64,000 nt of DNA from Phycisphaerae bacterium (GTDB taxonomy: Bacteria > Planctomycetota > Phycisphaerae > UBA1845 > Fen-1342), in NCBI GenBank assembly GCA_050115495.1, contig JASFQK010000034.1:1-64000 (forward strand). The letters are read 5' to 3'. Shown here one piece after another: positions 28,529 to 38,849 of this stretch (the first letter of the stretch is position 1; every line of letters starts with the position of its first letter). The translations under genes were made by a program, and so were the position numbers. The notes below the pieces were generated by a model. It saw only the letters and a list, made by a program, of their open reading frames with translations. It did no database searches and had not been told where the DNA came from.

Positions 28529-29311
28529 ATGAGTCTGCTGGAGCAAGTGCAACGCGGGTGCGTGGCGGCGCCGCGCCGGGTGAAGATCTACGGCCAGCAC
28601 GGCGTCGGCAAGTCGACCTTCGGCGCGATGGCCGAAGCGCCGGTCTTCATCCAGACCGAGGACGGCCTGGCCAACATCGACTGCGCGCGTTTCCCGCTCG
28701 CGTCGGTGTATGCCGACGTGATCACGGCGCTGGGAGCGCTCTACACCGAAGCGCACGAGTACCGCACGGTGGTCATCGACTCCGTCGACTGGCTCGAACG
28801 GCTGATCTGGGCCGAGGTGTGCCGGAAGCGCGGCGTCGAGAGCATCGAGGACATCGGCTACGGCAAGGGCTACGTCTTCGCCCTGACGCAGTGGCGCGAG
28901 GTGCTGCAGGGCCTGGACGCCCTGCGCAACGAGCGGGGCATGCAGGTCATCCTGATCGCCCACGCTCAGATCGAGAAGTTCGCCAACCCGGAGACGGACA
29001 CGTACGACCGCTACTCGCCGCGGCTGCACAAGCTGGCGTCGGCGCTGGTGCAGGAGTGGTGCGACGAGGTCCTGTTCGCGACGTACAAGGTCCACACCAA
29101 GACCACGAACGAGGGCTTCGACCGCAAGCGGGTGCAGGGTATCGGCACCGGCGAGCGGATCATCCGTACGACCGAGCGGCCGGCGCACGTGGCCAAGAAC
29201 CGCCTCGGCCTGCCCGAGGAGTTCCCGCTGGACTACCGCCTCTACGCCGCCTTCTGCCGCGGCGAGGACCCGCTCACCGAAACCCCGGAACCTGCTGAGG
29301 AAGGAGCATAG
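28529..29311 (+). CDS. Sak4-like AAA ATPase (phage recombinase)
   Basis: Walker A IYGQHGVGKST, TVVIDSVDWLE, GYGKGY, AKNR. Confidence 0.88.
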   Translation: MSLLEQVQRGCVAAPRRVKIYGQHGVGKSTFGAMAEAPVFIQTEDGLANIDCARFPLASVYADVITALGALYTEAHEYRTVVIDSVDWLERLIWAEVCRKRGVESIEDIGYGKGYVFALTQWREVLQGLDALRNERGMQVILIAHAQIEKFANPETDTYDRYSPRLHKLASALVQEWCDEVLFATYKVHTKTTNEGFDRKRVQGIGTGERIIRTTERPAHVAKNRLGLPEEFPLDYRLYAAFCRGEDPLTETPEPAEEGA

Positions 29312-29316
29312 CCGTC

Positions 29317-29781
29317 ATGGCGGATCTGAATGGATTCGATGCGCGCACCGTGGACCCGGCCGTCGCGTACGACCCGATCCCGGCCGGCAAGTACCTGGCC
29401 GTCATCGTGGAGTCGCAGTTCAAGGCGACGAAGAGCGGCGCCGGGCAGTACCTGGAGCTCACCTTCCAGGTGTTGGAGGGTGAATGCAAGGGCCGGCTGC
29501 TCTGGGCCCGCCTGAACCTCGACAACCCCAACGAGATGACGAAGAAGATCGCCCGGGCCGAGCTGTCGGCGATCTGTCGGGCGGTGGGCGTGATGGCGCC
29601 GAAGGACTCGATCGAGCTGCACAACCTGCCGCTGGTGATCAAGGTCGCCCACGCGAAGCGCAAGGACACCGGCGAGCTGACCAACGTCATCAAGGGCTAC
29701 GAGCCGAAGGGCGCGGCGGCGGCGACGCCGGCGACGGCGGCGGCGGCAACCGCGGGCGGGAAGGCGCCGTGGCAGCGCTGA
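29317..29781 (+). CDS. Phage single-stranded DNA-binding protein (DUF669-like)
   Basis: YDPIPAGKY...GQYLELTFQVLEG; low-complexity tail ending PWQR; follows Sak4. Confidence 0.8.
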   Translation: MADLNGFDARTVDPAVAYDPIPAGKYLAVIVESQFKATKSGAGQYLELTFQVLEGECKGRLLWARLNLDNPNEMTKKIARAELSAICRAVGVMAPKDSIELHNLPLVIKVAHAKRKDTGELTNVIKGYEPKGAAAATPATAAAATAGGKAPWQR

Positions 29782-30170
29782 CGCAGGTCTTCGAGCTGCC
29801 GTACCCGCCGTCGGTGAACCACTACTGGCGGCGGGTCGGCTTCCGCACGCTGATCAGCCGCGGGGGCCGGCGCTACCGCAGGGACGTGGTCGCGCTCCTC
29901 GCGGCGGGTCGGGCGGCCCCGCTCCGCGGGCGGCTCGAGCTGGTCGTGCACGTGTTTCCGCCCGACCGCCGGCGGCGCGACCTGGACAACCTGCAGAAGG
30001 CGCTGTTCGACGCGTTGCAGCACGCCGGCGTGTACGGGGACGACAGTCAGATCGACCGGCTCGACGTGCGGCGCGGCCCGGTCGTGCCGGGCGGCAAGGT
30101 GCTCGTGCAGGTCACGGAGAGATCATGCGACGAAGTGAAGGACCACTCACGCGATGCGAAGCCGAGCTGA
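29769..30170 (+). CDS. rusA: RusA-family Holliday junction resolvase
   Basis: LPYPPSVNHYWR, PPDRRRRDLDNLQKALFDAL, DDSQI. Confidence 0.9.
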   Translation: MAALTQVFELPYPPSVNHYWRRVGFRTLISRGGRRYRRDVVALLAAGRAAPLRGRLELVVHVFPPDRRRRDLDNLQKALFDALQHAGVYGDDSQIDRLDVRRGPVVPGGKVLVQVTERSCDEVKDHSRDAKPS

Positions 30171-30379
30171 TCGGCGCCGCGCTGCGCTATACCGCGGTGG
30201 CGGACTGGTTCGAGTCGCGGCCTATCACGCGGGCGGCGCGAGACGGCGAGGCCGAGGCCATGGCCGCGTTCAACCGGATCGAGGCCGAGCTGCGCCAGGC
30301 CGGCCGGCAGGTGCTGCGTCACCTTGAGCATCGCGAGCTCGTGCTCCGGCAGGCGCTGGACGGGGTGGCGACCACATGA
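30125..30379 (+). CDS. Hypothetical phage protein
   Basis: Short ORF overlapping both neighbours in the operon. Confidence 0.45.
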   Translation: MRRSEGPLTRCEAELIGAALRYTAVADWFESRPITRAARDGEAEAMAAFNRIEAELRQAGRQVLRHLEHRELVLRQALDGVATT

Positions 30380-32163
30380 TGGTGCTGCGGCCGTATCAGC
30401 GCGAGGCGGTCGACGCCGTGTACGCGTTTCTGCGTGCGCGGGACGATAACCCCTGCGTCGTCATCCCGACGGCCGGCGGCAAGACGCCGGTGATGGCGAC
30501 CATCTGCCGCGACGCCGTCCAGGTCTGGCACGGCCGCGTGCTCATTCTGGCTCACGTCCGCGAGCTGCTCGAGCAGGCGGCGGAGAAGCTGCAGCTCGTG
30601 GCGCCGGACCTGCCCGTGGGGGTCTACTCGGCGGGGCTGAAGCGCCGCGATCTCGGCTACGCCGTCACGATCGCCGGTATCCAGTCGCTCTATCAGAAGG
30701 CCTGCGACGTCGGAGCGGTCGATCTGGTCATCGTCGACGAAGCCCACCTCATCGCCCCCGACGGCGAGGGGATGTACCGCACGTTCCTGACGGACATGCG
30801 GCAGATCAACCCGCTGGTCCGCATCATCGGCCTGACGGCGACGCCGTTTCGGCTGCGGTCGGGGACGATCTGCGCGCCGGACAACATCCTCAACGAGGTC
30901 TGCTTCGAGGTGGGCGTGCGCGAGCTGATCGTGCAGGGCTACCTGTGTCCGCTGCGCACCAAGGCCGGCGCGCAGCGGCCCGACTACGACCAGCTGCACG
31001 TCCGCGGCGGTGAGTACGTCGCCGGCGAGGTCGAGGCCCTGATGGATAACGAGGACCTGGTCCTCTCCGCCTGCCGGGAGATCGTCGAGCAGACCCGGGA
31101 TCGACAGAGCGTGTTGATCTTCGCCTCGGGCGTGCAGCACGGGGAGCACGTCTGTCAGGTGCTCACCGAGCGGTACCAGGTCGAGTGCGGCTTCGTCTGC
31201 GGCGAGACGCTGCCGTTTCAGCGCGATGAAACCCTGCGCCGCTTCCGGGCGGGCAATCTCAAGTATCTCTGCAACGTCAACGTCCTGACGACAGGCTTCG
31301 ACGCCCCCAACATCGATTGCGTGGCGCTACTGCGGCCGACGCTGTCGCCGGGGCTGTACTACCAGATGGTCGGCCGCGGCTTCCGGCTGCACCCGGGCAA
31401 GAGCGACTGCCTCGTGCTGGACTACGGTGGCAACGTGCTGCGCCACGGGCCGGTGGATGCGATCCGCCTGGCCGACCGCGAATCCGGCGTCGGCGGCGAG
31501 GCGCCGGCGAAGGAATGCCCGAAGTGCCACGCGCTGATCGCCGCCGGCTACGCGGCGTGTCCGGAGTGCGGCTTCGAGTTTCCCGAGCGTCAGCGCAGCA
31601 AGCACGAGGCGACGGCGGGCACGGAGGCCATCCTGTCGGGCGAGGTCACCCGCACCGAGTACGAGGTTGCCGAGGTCTTCTACGCCGTGCACATGAAGCG
31701 TGACGCGCCGCCGGATGCGCCGCGGACGATGCGCGTCGAGTACCAGACCGGCTTCCAGACGTACGTCTCCGAGTGGGTGTGCTTCGAGCATCAGGGCTAT
31801 CCGCGGCAGAAGGCCGAGATCTGGTGGCGGGCCCGCTGCGACGGGCCGGTGCCGGGGAACACCGAGGAAGCGGTCGAGCGGGCCCGGGCCGGCGCGCTGG
31901 CTCCGACCGTCGCGATCACCGTCGAGCACCGCGAAGGCGAACGTTTCGATCGCGTCGTCGCCTATCGCCTGGGGGACAAGCCCGCGGTCACGGAGACGCC
32001 GGTCGAGCTCGAGTGCCCGAACTGCGGCCGGACGGAGCGCTCGCTGCAGCCCGGCTCGGGGCCGCACGCGGCGAAGGAAGTGTGTGCGTGGTGCGGACGC
32101 TGGCTCCGCTGGGTGCCGCAGGCGGAAGCCGAGGCGCGGTGGCTGGACGAGGTGCCGTTCTAG
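30376..32163 (+). CDS. SF2 DEAH helicase (RadD/YejH-like) with Zn ribbons
   Basis: LRPYQ, PTAGGKT, VDEAH, GLTATP, TTGFDAP, QMVGRG; CPKC/CPEC and C-terminal CPNC/CAWC. Confidence 0.9.
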   Translation: MMVLRPYQREAVDAVYAFLRARDDNPCVVIPTAGGKTPVMATICRDAVQVWHGRVLILAHVRELLEQAAEKLQLVAPDLPVGVYSAGLKRRDLGYAVTIAGIQSLYQKACDVGAVDLVIVDEAHLIAPDGEGMYRTFLTDMRQINPLVRIIGLTATPFRLRSGTICAPDNILNEVCFEVGVRELIVQGYLCPLRTKAGAQRPDYDQLHVRGGEYVAGEVEALMDNEDLVLSACREIVEQTRDRQSVLIFASGVQHGEHVCQVLTERYQVECGFVCGETLPFQRDETLRRFRAGNLKYLCNVNVLTTGFDAPNIDCVALLRPTLSPGLYYQMVGRGFRLHPGKSDCLVLDYGGNVLRHGPVDAIRLADRESGVGGEAPAKECPKCHALIAAGYAACPECGFEFPERQRSKHEATAGTEAILSGEVTRTEYEVAEVFYAVHMKRDAPPDAPRTMRVEYQTGFQTYVSEWVCFEHQGYPRQKAEIWWRARCDGPVPGNTEEAVERARAGALAPTVAITVEHREGERFDRVVAYRLGDKPAVTETPVELECPNCGRTERSLQPGSGPHAAKEVCAWCGRWLRWVPQAEAEARWLDEVPF

Positions 32164-34599
32164 ATGGCCGAGACGCCGGTGGCAGAGTCGATTCAGCGCT
32201 TCCTCGGACTGCTCTTCGAGCCGGGGGACGTCTTCGAGGTGCGGGCCCCCGATTGCCGGGACCGCCCGGACGCCCGCTACACGTACGTCTGCTGCGGCTA
32301 CTTCACACATGAGACCATCGGTGCCGCCGCGCAGGCGATCGCCGAGCTGGACCGCGCCGCCGTTGCGCCGGCCGTCTACGTGACGATGAATCCGGTTGCG
32401 CCCGCGCTGCTGGCCCGCTCGGTCAACCGCATCAAGCCGCGGGCCCGTGAGACGACGCAGGACAAGGACATCGTCTGCCGGCGTTGGCTGCTGGTCGACG
32501 TCGATCCGGTGCGGCCGGCGGGCGTCAGCTCGACCGACGTCGAACTGGCGATGGCCGCCGAGCGTGCCGGGGTCGTGGCCGCGTACCTGGCGGATTCCGG
32601 CTGGCCGGCGCCGATCCGAGTGATGTCCGGCAACGGCCATCACCTGCTGTACCGTGTCGAGCTGCCGGCGGACGACGAGGGGCTGGTGAAGCGCGTGCTG
32701 GTCGCCCTGGCCGAGCGCTACGACGACGCGGACGTGACGATTGATCGGTCCGTCCACAACGCCGCCCGGATCGTGAAAGTGGCCGGAACAGTCTCACGCA
32801 AGGGCGATGATCTCCGCGGCGTCGCCGGCCTGGACGATCGGCCGCACCGCCGGGCCGAGCTGCTCGACGTGCCCGAGGCGATCGTCGCCGTGCCGCGCGA
32901 GCTGCTCGAACGCATGGCGCCGCCGGCGGAACCGGCATCCCTCCCACCCCCGGCGGACCGCCCCATGTGCGACCGCCTCGACTGCACGCCGGCGGGCGTA
33001 CGGGCGTGGCTGGAGGCGCACGGCGTCGAGGTCAAGGGCCACCGCCGCAACGGCGACAAGACGCTCCTGCTGCTGGCACGCTGCCCGATCAACCCCGAGA
33101 TCGCGTCCACCGGCGGCTCCGACATAGCCGTGCTCGTCGGCGACGACGGCAAGCTCGCCTACTGCAACAAGCACAGCCGAGGTCAGGGATACACGTGGCA
33201 CGACCTGCGCCGCGCCCTCGAGCCCGACTGGCAACCGCCGGCGGACGAACCGGACGTCGATCTGTCGGCGTTCGTGCCCGACCGCCGCGCCGTGGCGGCG
33301 CCGAAGCCGGCGCCGTCGCTGCCCGATCCGAGTCCGCTGCCGGACGAGCTCCTGCGCGTCCCGGGCTTCGTCGGCGAGGTGATGGACTACTGCCTGGCCA
33401 CCGCGCCCTATCCGAACCCGGTGATGGCCTTCTGCGGGGCGCTGGCCCTGCAGGCGTTCCTGGCCGGCCGCCGCGTCCGCGACGCCGGCGACAACCGCAC
33501 GAACGTCTACCTGCTGGGTCTGGCCCACTCGGCCGCCGGCAAGGACTGGCCCCGCAAGGTCAACACGCGGATCGTGCACGAGGTCGGCCTGGCCGAGTGC
33601 CTCGGCGACCGCTTCGCCTCCGGGGAGGGCATTCAGGACGCCCTGTTCCTGAACCCCTGCATGCTGTTTCAGACCGACGAGATCGACGGCATGCTGCAGT
33701 CGATCAACAAGGCGAAGGACGCCCGGCACGAGAACGTCATGGGCACGCTGCTCACGATGTACTCGTCGTCGACCAGCGTCTTCCCCATGCGTCGCAAGGC
33801 GGGCAAGGCCGCTCCGGGGGTGATCGACCAGCCCACACTCGTGATCTTCGGCACGGCGATTCCGAACCACTACTACGAGGCCCTCTCCGAGCGCATGCTC
33901 ACCAACGGGTTTTTCGCCCGCATGCTCATTCTCGAATCCGGGCCGCGCTGCAAGGGGCAGGAGCCGCGGATCGCGGACGTGCCCGGGCGTGTCATGGAGA
34001 CGGCCCGCTGGTGGGCGGACTTCCGGCCGGGGCGGGGCAACCTGCAGGACTGGCATCCGGTGCCGCAGGTCGTGGCGGCGACCGAGGACGCCCAAGCGCT
34101 GCTCGTCGAGACCCGTGAGCAGGCCGAGATCGAGTACGCCCGCGCCGAGTCCGCCGGCGACCCGGTCGGCACCACGGTATGGGGGCGCGTCAGCGAGCAG
34201 ACCCGCAAGCTGGCGCTGCTGCACGCCGTCAGCGCCGACCACCACGCCCCGTGTATCGACGTCGAGGCCGTCCGCTGGGCGTCGCAGTTCGTGCTGCACC
34301 AGACGCGTCGCATGCTGTTCATGGCCTCCAGCCACGTGGCGGACAACCCCTTCCACGCCGAATGCCTGAAGCTCCTGGAGAAGCTGCGCGACGCGCCCGG
34401 TCAGGAGCTGCCCCACAGCGTGCTGCTCAAGCGCATGAAAACCGACGCCAAGACGTTCGGCACGCTCGTCGAGACGCTGGCCCAGCAAGGCGACATCGAG
34501 GTGGTAACGGCGCCCACACCCGGCCGGAACATGCGGGCTTATCGGCTCGCCGGGGCGGTGAAGGAACGCTCCGAAACAACCCCAGGAGGTGAAAGATGA
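32164..34599 (+). CDS. Phage primase-like N-terminus fused to a DUF3987-type helicase-like domain (replication protein)
   Basis: LLVDVD and SGNGHHL (AEP-like motifs); AHSAAGKD, ASGEG, DEID, NGFFAR. Confidence 0.8.
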   Translation: MAETPVAESIQRFLGLLFEPGDVFEVRAPDCRDRPDARYTYVCCGYFTHETIGAAAQAIAELDRAAVAPAVYVTMNPVAPALLARSVNRIKPRARETTQDKDIVCRRWLLVDVDPVRPAGVSSTDVELAMAAERAGVVAAYLADSGWPAPIRVMSGNGHHLLYRVELPADDEGLVKRVLVALAERYDDADVTIDRSVHNAARIVKVAGTVSRKGDDLRGVAGLDDRPHRRAELLDVPEAIVAVPRELLERMAPPAEPASLPPPADRPMCDRLDCTPAGVRAWLEAHGVEVKGHRRNGDKTLLLLARCPINPEIASTGGSDIAVLVGDDGKLAYCNKHSRGQGYTWHDLRRALEPDWQPPADEPDVDLSAFVPDRRAVAAPKPAPSLPDPSPLPDELLRVPGFVGEVMDYCLATAPYPNPVMAFCGALALQAFLAGRRVRDAGDNRTNVYLLGLAHSAAGKDWPRKVNTRIVHEVGLAECLGDRFASGEGIQDALFLNPCMLFQTDEIDGMLQSINKAKDARHENVMGTLLTMYSSSTSVFPMRRKAGKAAPGVIDQPTLVIFGTAIPNHYYEALSERMLTNGFFARMLILESGPRCKGQEPRIADVPGRVMETARWWADFRPGRGNLQDWHPVPQVVAATEDAQALLVETREQAEIEYARAESAGDPVGTTVWGRVSEQTRKLALLHAVSADHHAPCIDVEAVRWASQFVLHQTRRMLFMASSHVADNPFHAECLKLLEKLRDAPGQELPHSVLLKRMKTDAKTFGTLVETLAQQGDIEVVTAPTPGRNMRAYRLAGAVKERSETTPGGER

Positions 34600-34806
34600 T
34601 GGCTTCGACTTCGACCATGCTTCACCCTTGTTCTCCCTTCCTTCACCCCCTGAGGGTGAAAGAAGTAAATCGCGCAAATGGCTATAATATAAATAGAAAC
34701 AACTACTCTCTCTATATATATAAGCCTTTCACCCTACCCCCCTCGCGCACCCCCTGTACGCGCTATTATGCGTGTGTATACGCGAGGGGGGGTGAAAGAG
34801 TGAAAC
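34556..34806. other. Putative phage replication origin (iterons around an AT-rich core)
   Basis: Seven GGTGAA/TTCACC copies in both orientations around TATAATATAAATAG...TATATATATAA, right after the primase gene. Confidence 0.6.
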
Positions 34807-35145
34807 ATCGGCCCTTCCCGTCCCGAGCGACGGAAGCCAGCCGCGGTCACCACCACAACCGACCGGCCTGGTCGCTACACCAGAACGCCACAGGACGCCG
34901 TCCCGTTGTGCCTGTGCGGCGATCGCCACTCGGCCGGTACCCCCGGTCCACCCCATCGCGCCACGGGCCGCAGACGGCCTGCTACGGGTCCTCCCGGGCC
35001 GAGAAGAGGGAAGACGCCCGCGGGAACCGCCACCGACGGGATCAGACTTTATTTCCAGGGCCGAAATTCAACCAGATGCGATCCGCCGTAACCCGCTGTG
35101 ACGCGGCGCGATGAACGCGACCCGCCGCAACGAAAGGAAACAGCC

Positions 35146-36855
35146 GTGATAAACGCGAAGCTCAACATCGGACGGGCGGGAGCCGGCAGGCGATTCGAGC
35201 TGCCGACCGACCTGGTCACGCGGACGCAGGCCATCCTGGCGATCAAGGGTGCCGGCAAGACCTACACGGCGATCGTGCAGATGGAGGAGATGCTCGCCGC
35301 CGGCCAGCAGTGCGTGGCGATCGACCCCACCGGTGTCTGGTGGGGCCTGCGAGCCGGGGCCAACGGGCGGTCACGCGGGCTGCCGGTGATCATCCTCGGC
35401 GGAGACCACGGCGACGTCCCGCTCGACCCGGCGGCCGGCGAGATCGTGGCCGAGTGGCTGGTCGAGGCCGGGCAGTCGGCGGTCCTGGACCTGTCGGCGT
35501 TCGAGAGCAACGCCGCTCAGGATCGGTTCGCCACGGCGTTCGCCGAGCGGCTGTACCGCCGGAAGGCGACGGCCGCGGCTCGCACACCGCTGCACATCTT
35601 CCTCGACGAGGCGGATTCGTTCGCGCCGCAACGGCCGCTACCCGGTCAGCAGCGGATGCTCGGAGCGTGGGAGGCGATCGTCCGGCGGGGTCGGTCGCGG
35701 GGACTGGGGCTGACGCTGATCACCCAGCGGCCGGCGGTGCTGAGCAAGAACGTCCTCACGCAGAGCGAGTTGCTCACCTGCCTGCGGATCGTCAGCCCGC
35801 AGGACCGGAAGGCCGTGCTGGACTGGGTCAACGTCCACGGCGACGTCGAGCGGCGCGAGCAGATGATGCGCGGCCTGGCCTCGCTGCCGCGCGGTACGGC
35901 GTGGTTCTGGTCGCCGGGCTGGCTGGACCTGTTCGAGCGCGTGGAGATCCGCCGCCGGCGGACGTACGACAGCTCGGTGACGCCGGGCACGGGCGAGACG
36001 CCGATCCGGCCGCGGAAGCTGGCGCCGGTCGACCTGGCGGTCCTCAGCGAACGGATCAAGGCCTCGGCCGAGGCCGTCGAGGCGAACGACCCGAAGAAGC
36101 TCCGGGCCGAGGTGGCGCGGCTGCGAGCAGAGGTCGCCCGGCTCGAAGGGCAGACGGGCGGGCCGGACGAGGTGGAGGTAGCCCTTCGCATTGCCAAATC
36201 CGTGCGCGCCTCGATCGTCGAGCGAGACGCCGAGTGGGCTCGGGTGGTCGATAGCTGTCGTAAAGCAGTCGAGGAGTCGATCCGCCGAGTGGTCGCGCCG
36301 CCGGAGACCGGGACCGTCGTCCTGCCCGAGGCGGCGCCCGTCGTTAAGAAACCGGCGCGGATTATTCCCACTTCTATTCCCGCCGACGGCGAGCTGAACG
36401 CGTACCAGCGGGATCTGCTGGCGGTGCTGCTCGACCGGTCGCCGGTACCGACGCCGCGGGGGCAGCTCGGAGCACTCGCCGGCCGGTCGATCAAGAGCTC
36501 GGCGTTCGGGCCGAACCTGCGGGCACTGATCGACCGCAGCCTGGTCGAGGCCAACGGGCGGGGCTACGTCGCCACGTCGGCCGCGCTGGCGGCGTGCCCG
36601 GACCATCGGCCGGCGCCGCGTTCGGGCCGGGCAGCGCTGGACCACTGGCTCGGCAAGCTGCCGGCGTACGAGGCCTCGCTGCTGCGGGCGATCGCCGACG
36701 CCGGCCGGGCGCTGACGTCCGACGAGATCGCCGACCGCGCCGGCCGGTCGACCGGCAGCAGCGCCTTCCGCCCGGCGCTGCGGAACCTCGTGGACTTGGA
36801 GCACGTCGAGCAGGCCGGCGATCGGTACGTGTTGGGGACGGCGTTTCGGGCGTGA
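35146..36855 (+). CDS. HerA/FtsK-superfamily ATPase with coiled coil and two tandem C-terminal wHTH-like repeats
   Basis: Walker A AIKGAGKT, IDPTG, Walker B IFLDEAD, RRGRSRG, LITQRPA; duplicated L.AY...LL...AGRS..SSAF...LR.L.D motif. Confidence 0.8.
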   Translation: MINAKLNIGRAGAGRRFELPTDLVTRTQAILAIKGAGKTYTAIVQMEEMLAAGQQCVAIDPTGVWWGLRAGANGRSRGLPVIILGGDHGDVPLDPAAGEIVAEWLVEAGQSAVLDLSAFESNAAQDRFATAFAERLYRRKATAAARTPLHIFLDEADSFAPQRPLPGQQRMLGAWEAIVRRGRSRGLGLTLITQRPAVLSKNVLTQSELLTCLRIVSPQDRKAVLDWVNVHGDVERREQMMRGLASLPRGTAWFWSPGWLDLFERVEIRRRRTYDSSVTPGTGETPIRPRKLAPVDLAVLSERIKASAEAVEANDPKKLRAEVARLRAEVARLEGQTGGPDEVEVALRIAKSVRASIVERDAEWARVVDSCRKAVEESIRRVVAPPETGTVVLPEAAPVVKKPARIIPTSIPADGELNAYQRDLLAVLLDRSPVPTPRGQLGALAGRSIKSSAFGPNLRALIDRSLVEANGRGYVATSAALAACPDHRPAPRSGRAALDHWLGKLPAYEASLLRAIADAGRALTSDEIADRAGRSTGSSAFRPALRNLVDLEHVEQAGDRYVLGTAFRA

Positions 36856-36947
36856 GAGGAATGAGGCAGGACAGCATGAGCACAACGGACATCAGGACCA
36901 ATCTCGGCGCGACGCGCCGCTACCCCGCAAACCGAAGGACGCCTGTG

Positions 36948-37286
36948 ATGACAAGACGTTGCACGAAGCGGCACGAAACCAAGCCCGGCCGCATGGCCCG
37001 CTGGCTGGCCACCTGCCGATCGGTCTGGCCCGAACTCATCTGGGAGCGCAATGACACGCTTGGCGGGATCGCCGGACAGCGTCCAGACGACGACATGTCG
37101 AGCGTGGTGATCTTCCCAACCGATTACGGCTTGGGTGCCGTACTCATGATCGATATGAACGAGCAGGAGCTCAAGATCGTGTCGAGCCCCCACGCCTCAT
37201 ACGAAGCGGCCGTGCGTGCCCTGCGTGGCGCAGTGCTGAAGGCGATTCCGGCCCTGCAGGCGCTGACACGAACGGGGGGACGGTGA
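36948..37286 (+). CDS. Hypothetical phage protein
   Basis: Open frame in operon; start uncertain. Confidence 0.45.
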   Translation: MTRRCTKRHETKPGRMARWLATCRSVWPELIWERNDTLGGIAGQRPDDDMSSVVIFPTDYGLGAVLMIDMNEQELKIVSSPHASYEAAVRALRGAVLKAIPALQALTRTGGR

Positions 37287-37963
37287 TGGACGAAGGGCGT
37301 GGCGTGAGCACAGTTGACCTGATTACCGCCGAGCTGGTGCTGTCGTGGCGGCCGTGCTCGCAATTCCCGAGAGAGCGAGTGCGCGAGTTGTTTGGCGACG
37401 GCTTGACTCCGTTGGAAGTGTGCGGCCTGGAGGTCCCGTCGCGTGACCGTCTCTGGGTGCTACTCAGAGACGAGATCGTGCCGATACGGACCATGTTGCT
37501 GCTGGCATGCCGATGGGCTTACGGCGTACAGCCGATCTATGACCGCTGGCATCCTGATGATAGGCGTGTTCGTGATGGTATTCGCGTAGCCCGTCGGTAC
37601 GTTCTGGGGCAAACAGAGGCAACTGCACTGTCTGCTGTCGAGAAGCGCTTAATCGCTGCGGCGGCAGCAGCGGCTAGAGACTCGTATAACGGCACATCCG
37701 TCGCGGCCGAAACTGCGTTTGCTGCGGTGAGGGCCACTAAGTGCTTCGCCAGATCGGCGCGCGACCATTACAGGGCCTCGCTCTGGACTGAACTAGCAGT
37801 TGGCCATGTCGAGTTTGCGTCCTGGATGGCGGCCCACATTAACAAGCGATCGCCGGACGCCATATGGGCCGCACAACTCGCCGACGTCCGGGCCGTGCTG
37901 ACTGGGGAGTTGGATCTGGCCACTGAGGCGCACGCTGCGCTCGAAACGGAGGGTGTGGCGTGA
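37283..37963 (+). CDS. Hypothetical phage protein (Imm5-like helical region)
   Basis: DRLWVLL...LLACRWA...HPDDRRVRDGIRVARRY motif. Confidence 0.55.
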   Translation: MMDEGRGVSTVDLITAELVLSWRPCSQFPRERVRELFGDGLTPLEVCGLEVPSRDRLWVLLRDEIVPIRTMLLLACRWAYGVQPIYDRWHPDDRRVRDGIRVARRYVLGQTEATALSAVEKRLIAAAAAAARDSYNGTSVAAETAFAAVRATKCFARSARDHYRASLWTELAVGHVEFASWMAAHINKRSPDAIWAAQLADVRAVLTGELDLATEAHAALETEGVA

Positions 37964-38829
37964 GCGACACATCGACCATGCGAATCACCGCCCTGGCCCA
38001 GTGGTTCGGCGGCAATCGCGGACTCGCCCATACGGTCGGGGCCGCCCTGGGGAAGCTGCGCTGGTGCGGCGTGCCGTTCGCCGGCGGCTGTGCCGAGCTG
38101 CCGCACATCCAGACGGCCGCCGGCGTCGCCAACGACCTGCATCGGCACATCATCAACCTCGCCCGCGTGGTTCGCGATGACGAGCTGGTCGAGCAGCTCG
38201 TGCACCGGCTCGAAGGGGCCCTGTTCCACCAGGACGAGCTGGCCGGCGCGCAGCGCCGCTGCCGCGAGCGGGAGCAGCGAGGCGGGAACGGCGACGCCGC
38301 AGACGTCGTTTGGGCGAGGGACTACTTCCTCGCCTGCTGGATGGGCCGCGGCGGCCACGCGGGCAAACGGAGCGAGTTCAACCAGACGCTGTCGGCGCGG
38401 TGGACGGCCAGCGGCGGCGACTCGGCCGTCCGGTTCCGCAGCGCCGTCGAGTCGCTACGGGCCTGGCACGACGCCTTGAAACGCTGGTCGTTCCTGTGCC
38501 TGGACGCGTTCGAGTTCCTCGGGCACGTCCACGACAAGCCCGGCGTCGGCCTCTACGTCGATGCCCCGTGGCCGGACGCCGGGGAGGACTACCAGCACAG
38601 GTTCCCGGCCTACGACCACATGCAACTGGCCGACGTGCTGAGCCGCTTCCGGGAGATCCGGATTGCCATCCGGTTCGGCGATCACCCACTGATTCGCGAG
38701 CTCTACACCGAGCCGCAGTGGACCTGGCTGAGGCAAACCGGGCGCAACCAGCAGAACAACGAGACGGCCGAAGTGCTGATCGTGAACGGGAAGTGCGACG
38801 TGAGGGATCTACAGGCGGACCTGTTCTGA
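37960..38829 (+). CDS. Dam-like (D12 class) DNA adenine methyltransferase, divergent
   Basis: WFGG, VPFAGG, ANDL, DAFEF, LYVDAPW (DPPY equivalent), EVLIVN. Confidence 0.75.
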   Translation: MSDTSTMRITALAQWFGGNRGLAHTVGAALGKLRWCGVPFAGGCAELPHIQTAAGVANDLHRHIINLARVVRDDELVEQLVHRLEGALFHQDELAGAQRRCREREQRGGNGDAADVVWARDYFLACWMGRGGHAGKRSEFNQTLSARWTASGGDSAVRFRSAVESLRAWHDALKRWSFLCLDAFEFLGHVHDKPGVGLYVDAPWPDAGEDYQHRFPAYDHMQLADVLSRFREIRIAIRFGDHPLIRELYTEPQWTWLRQTGRNQQNNETAEVLIVNGKCDVRDLQADLF

Positions 38830-38849
38830 CAACCCATAGGAGGACGTAC

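Noticed and set aside
35146..36855. HerA ATPase as a known defence system (e.g. SIR2-HerA) or conjugative VirB4
   Set aside because: No partner effector or T4SS genes are adjacent.
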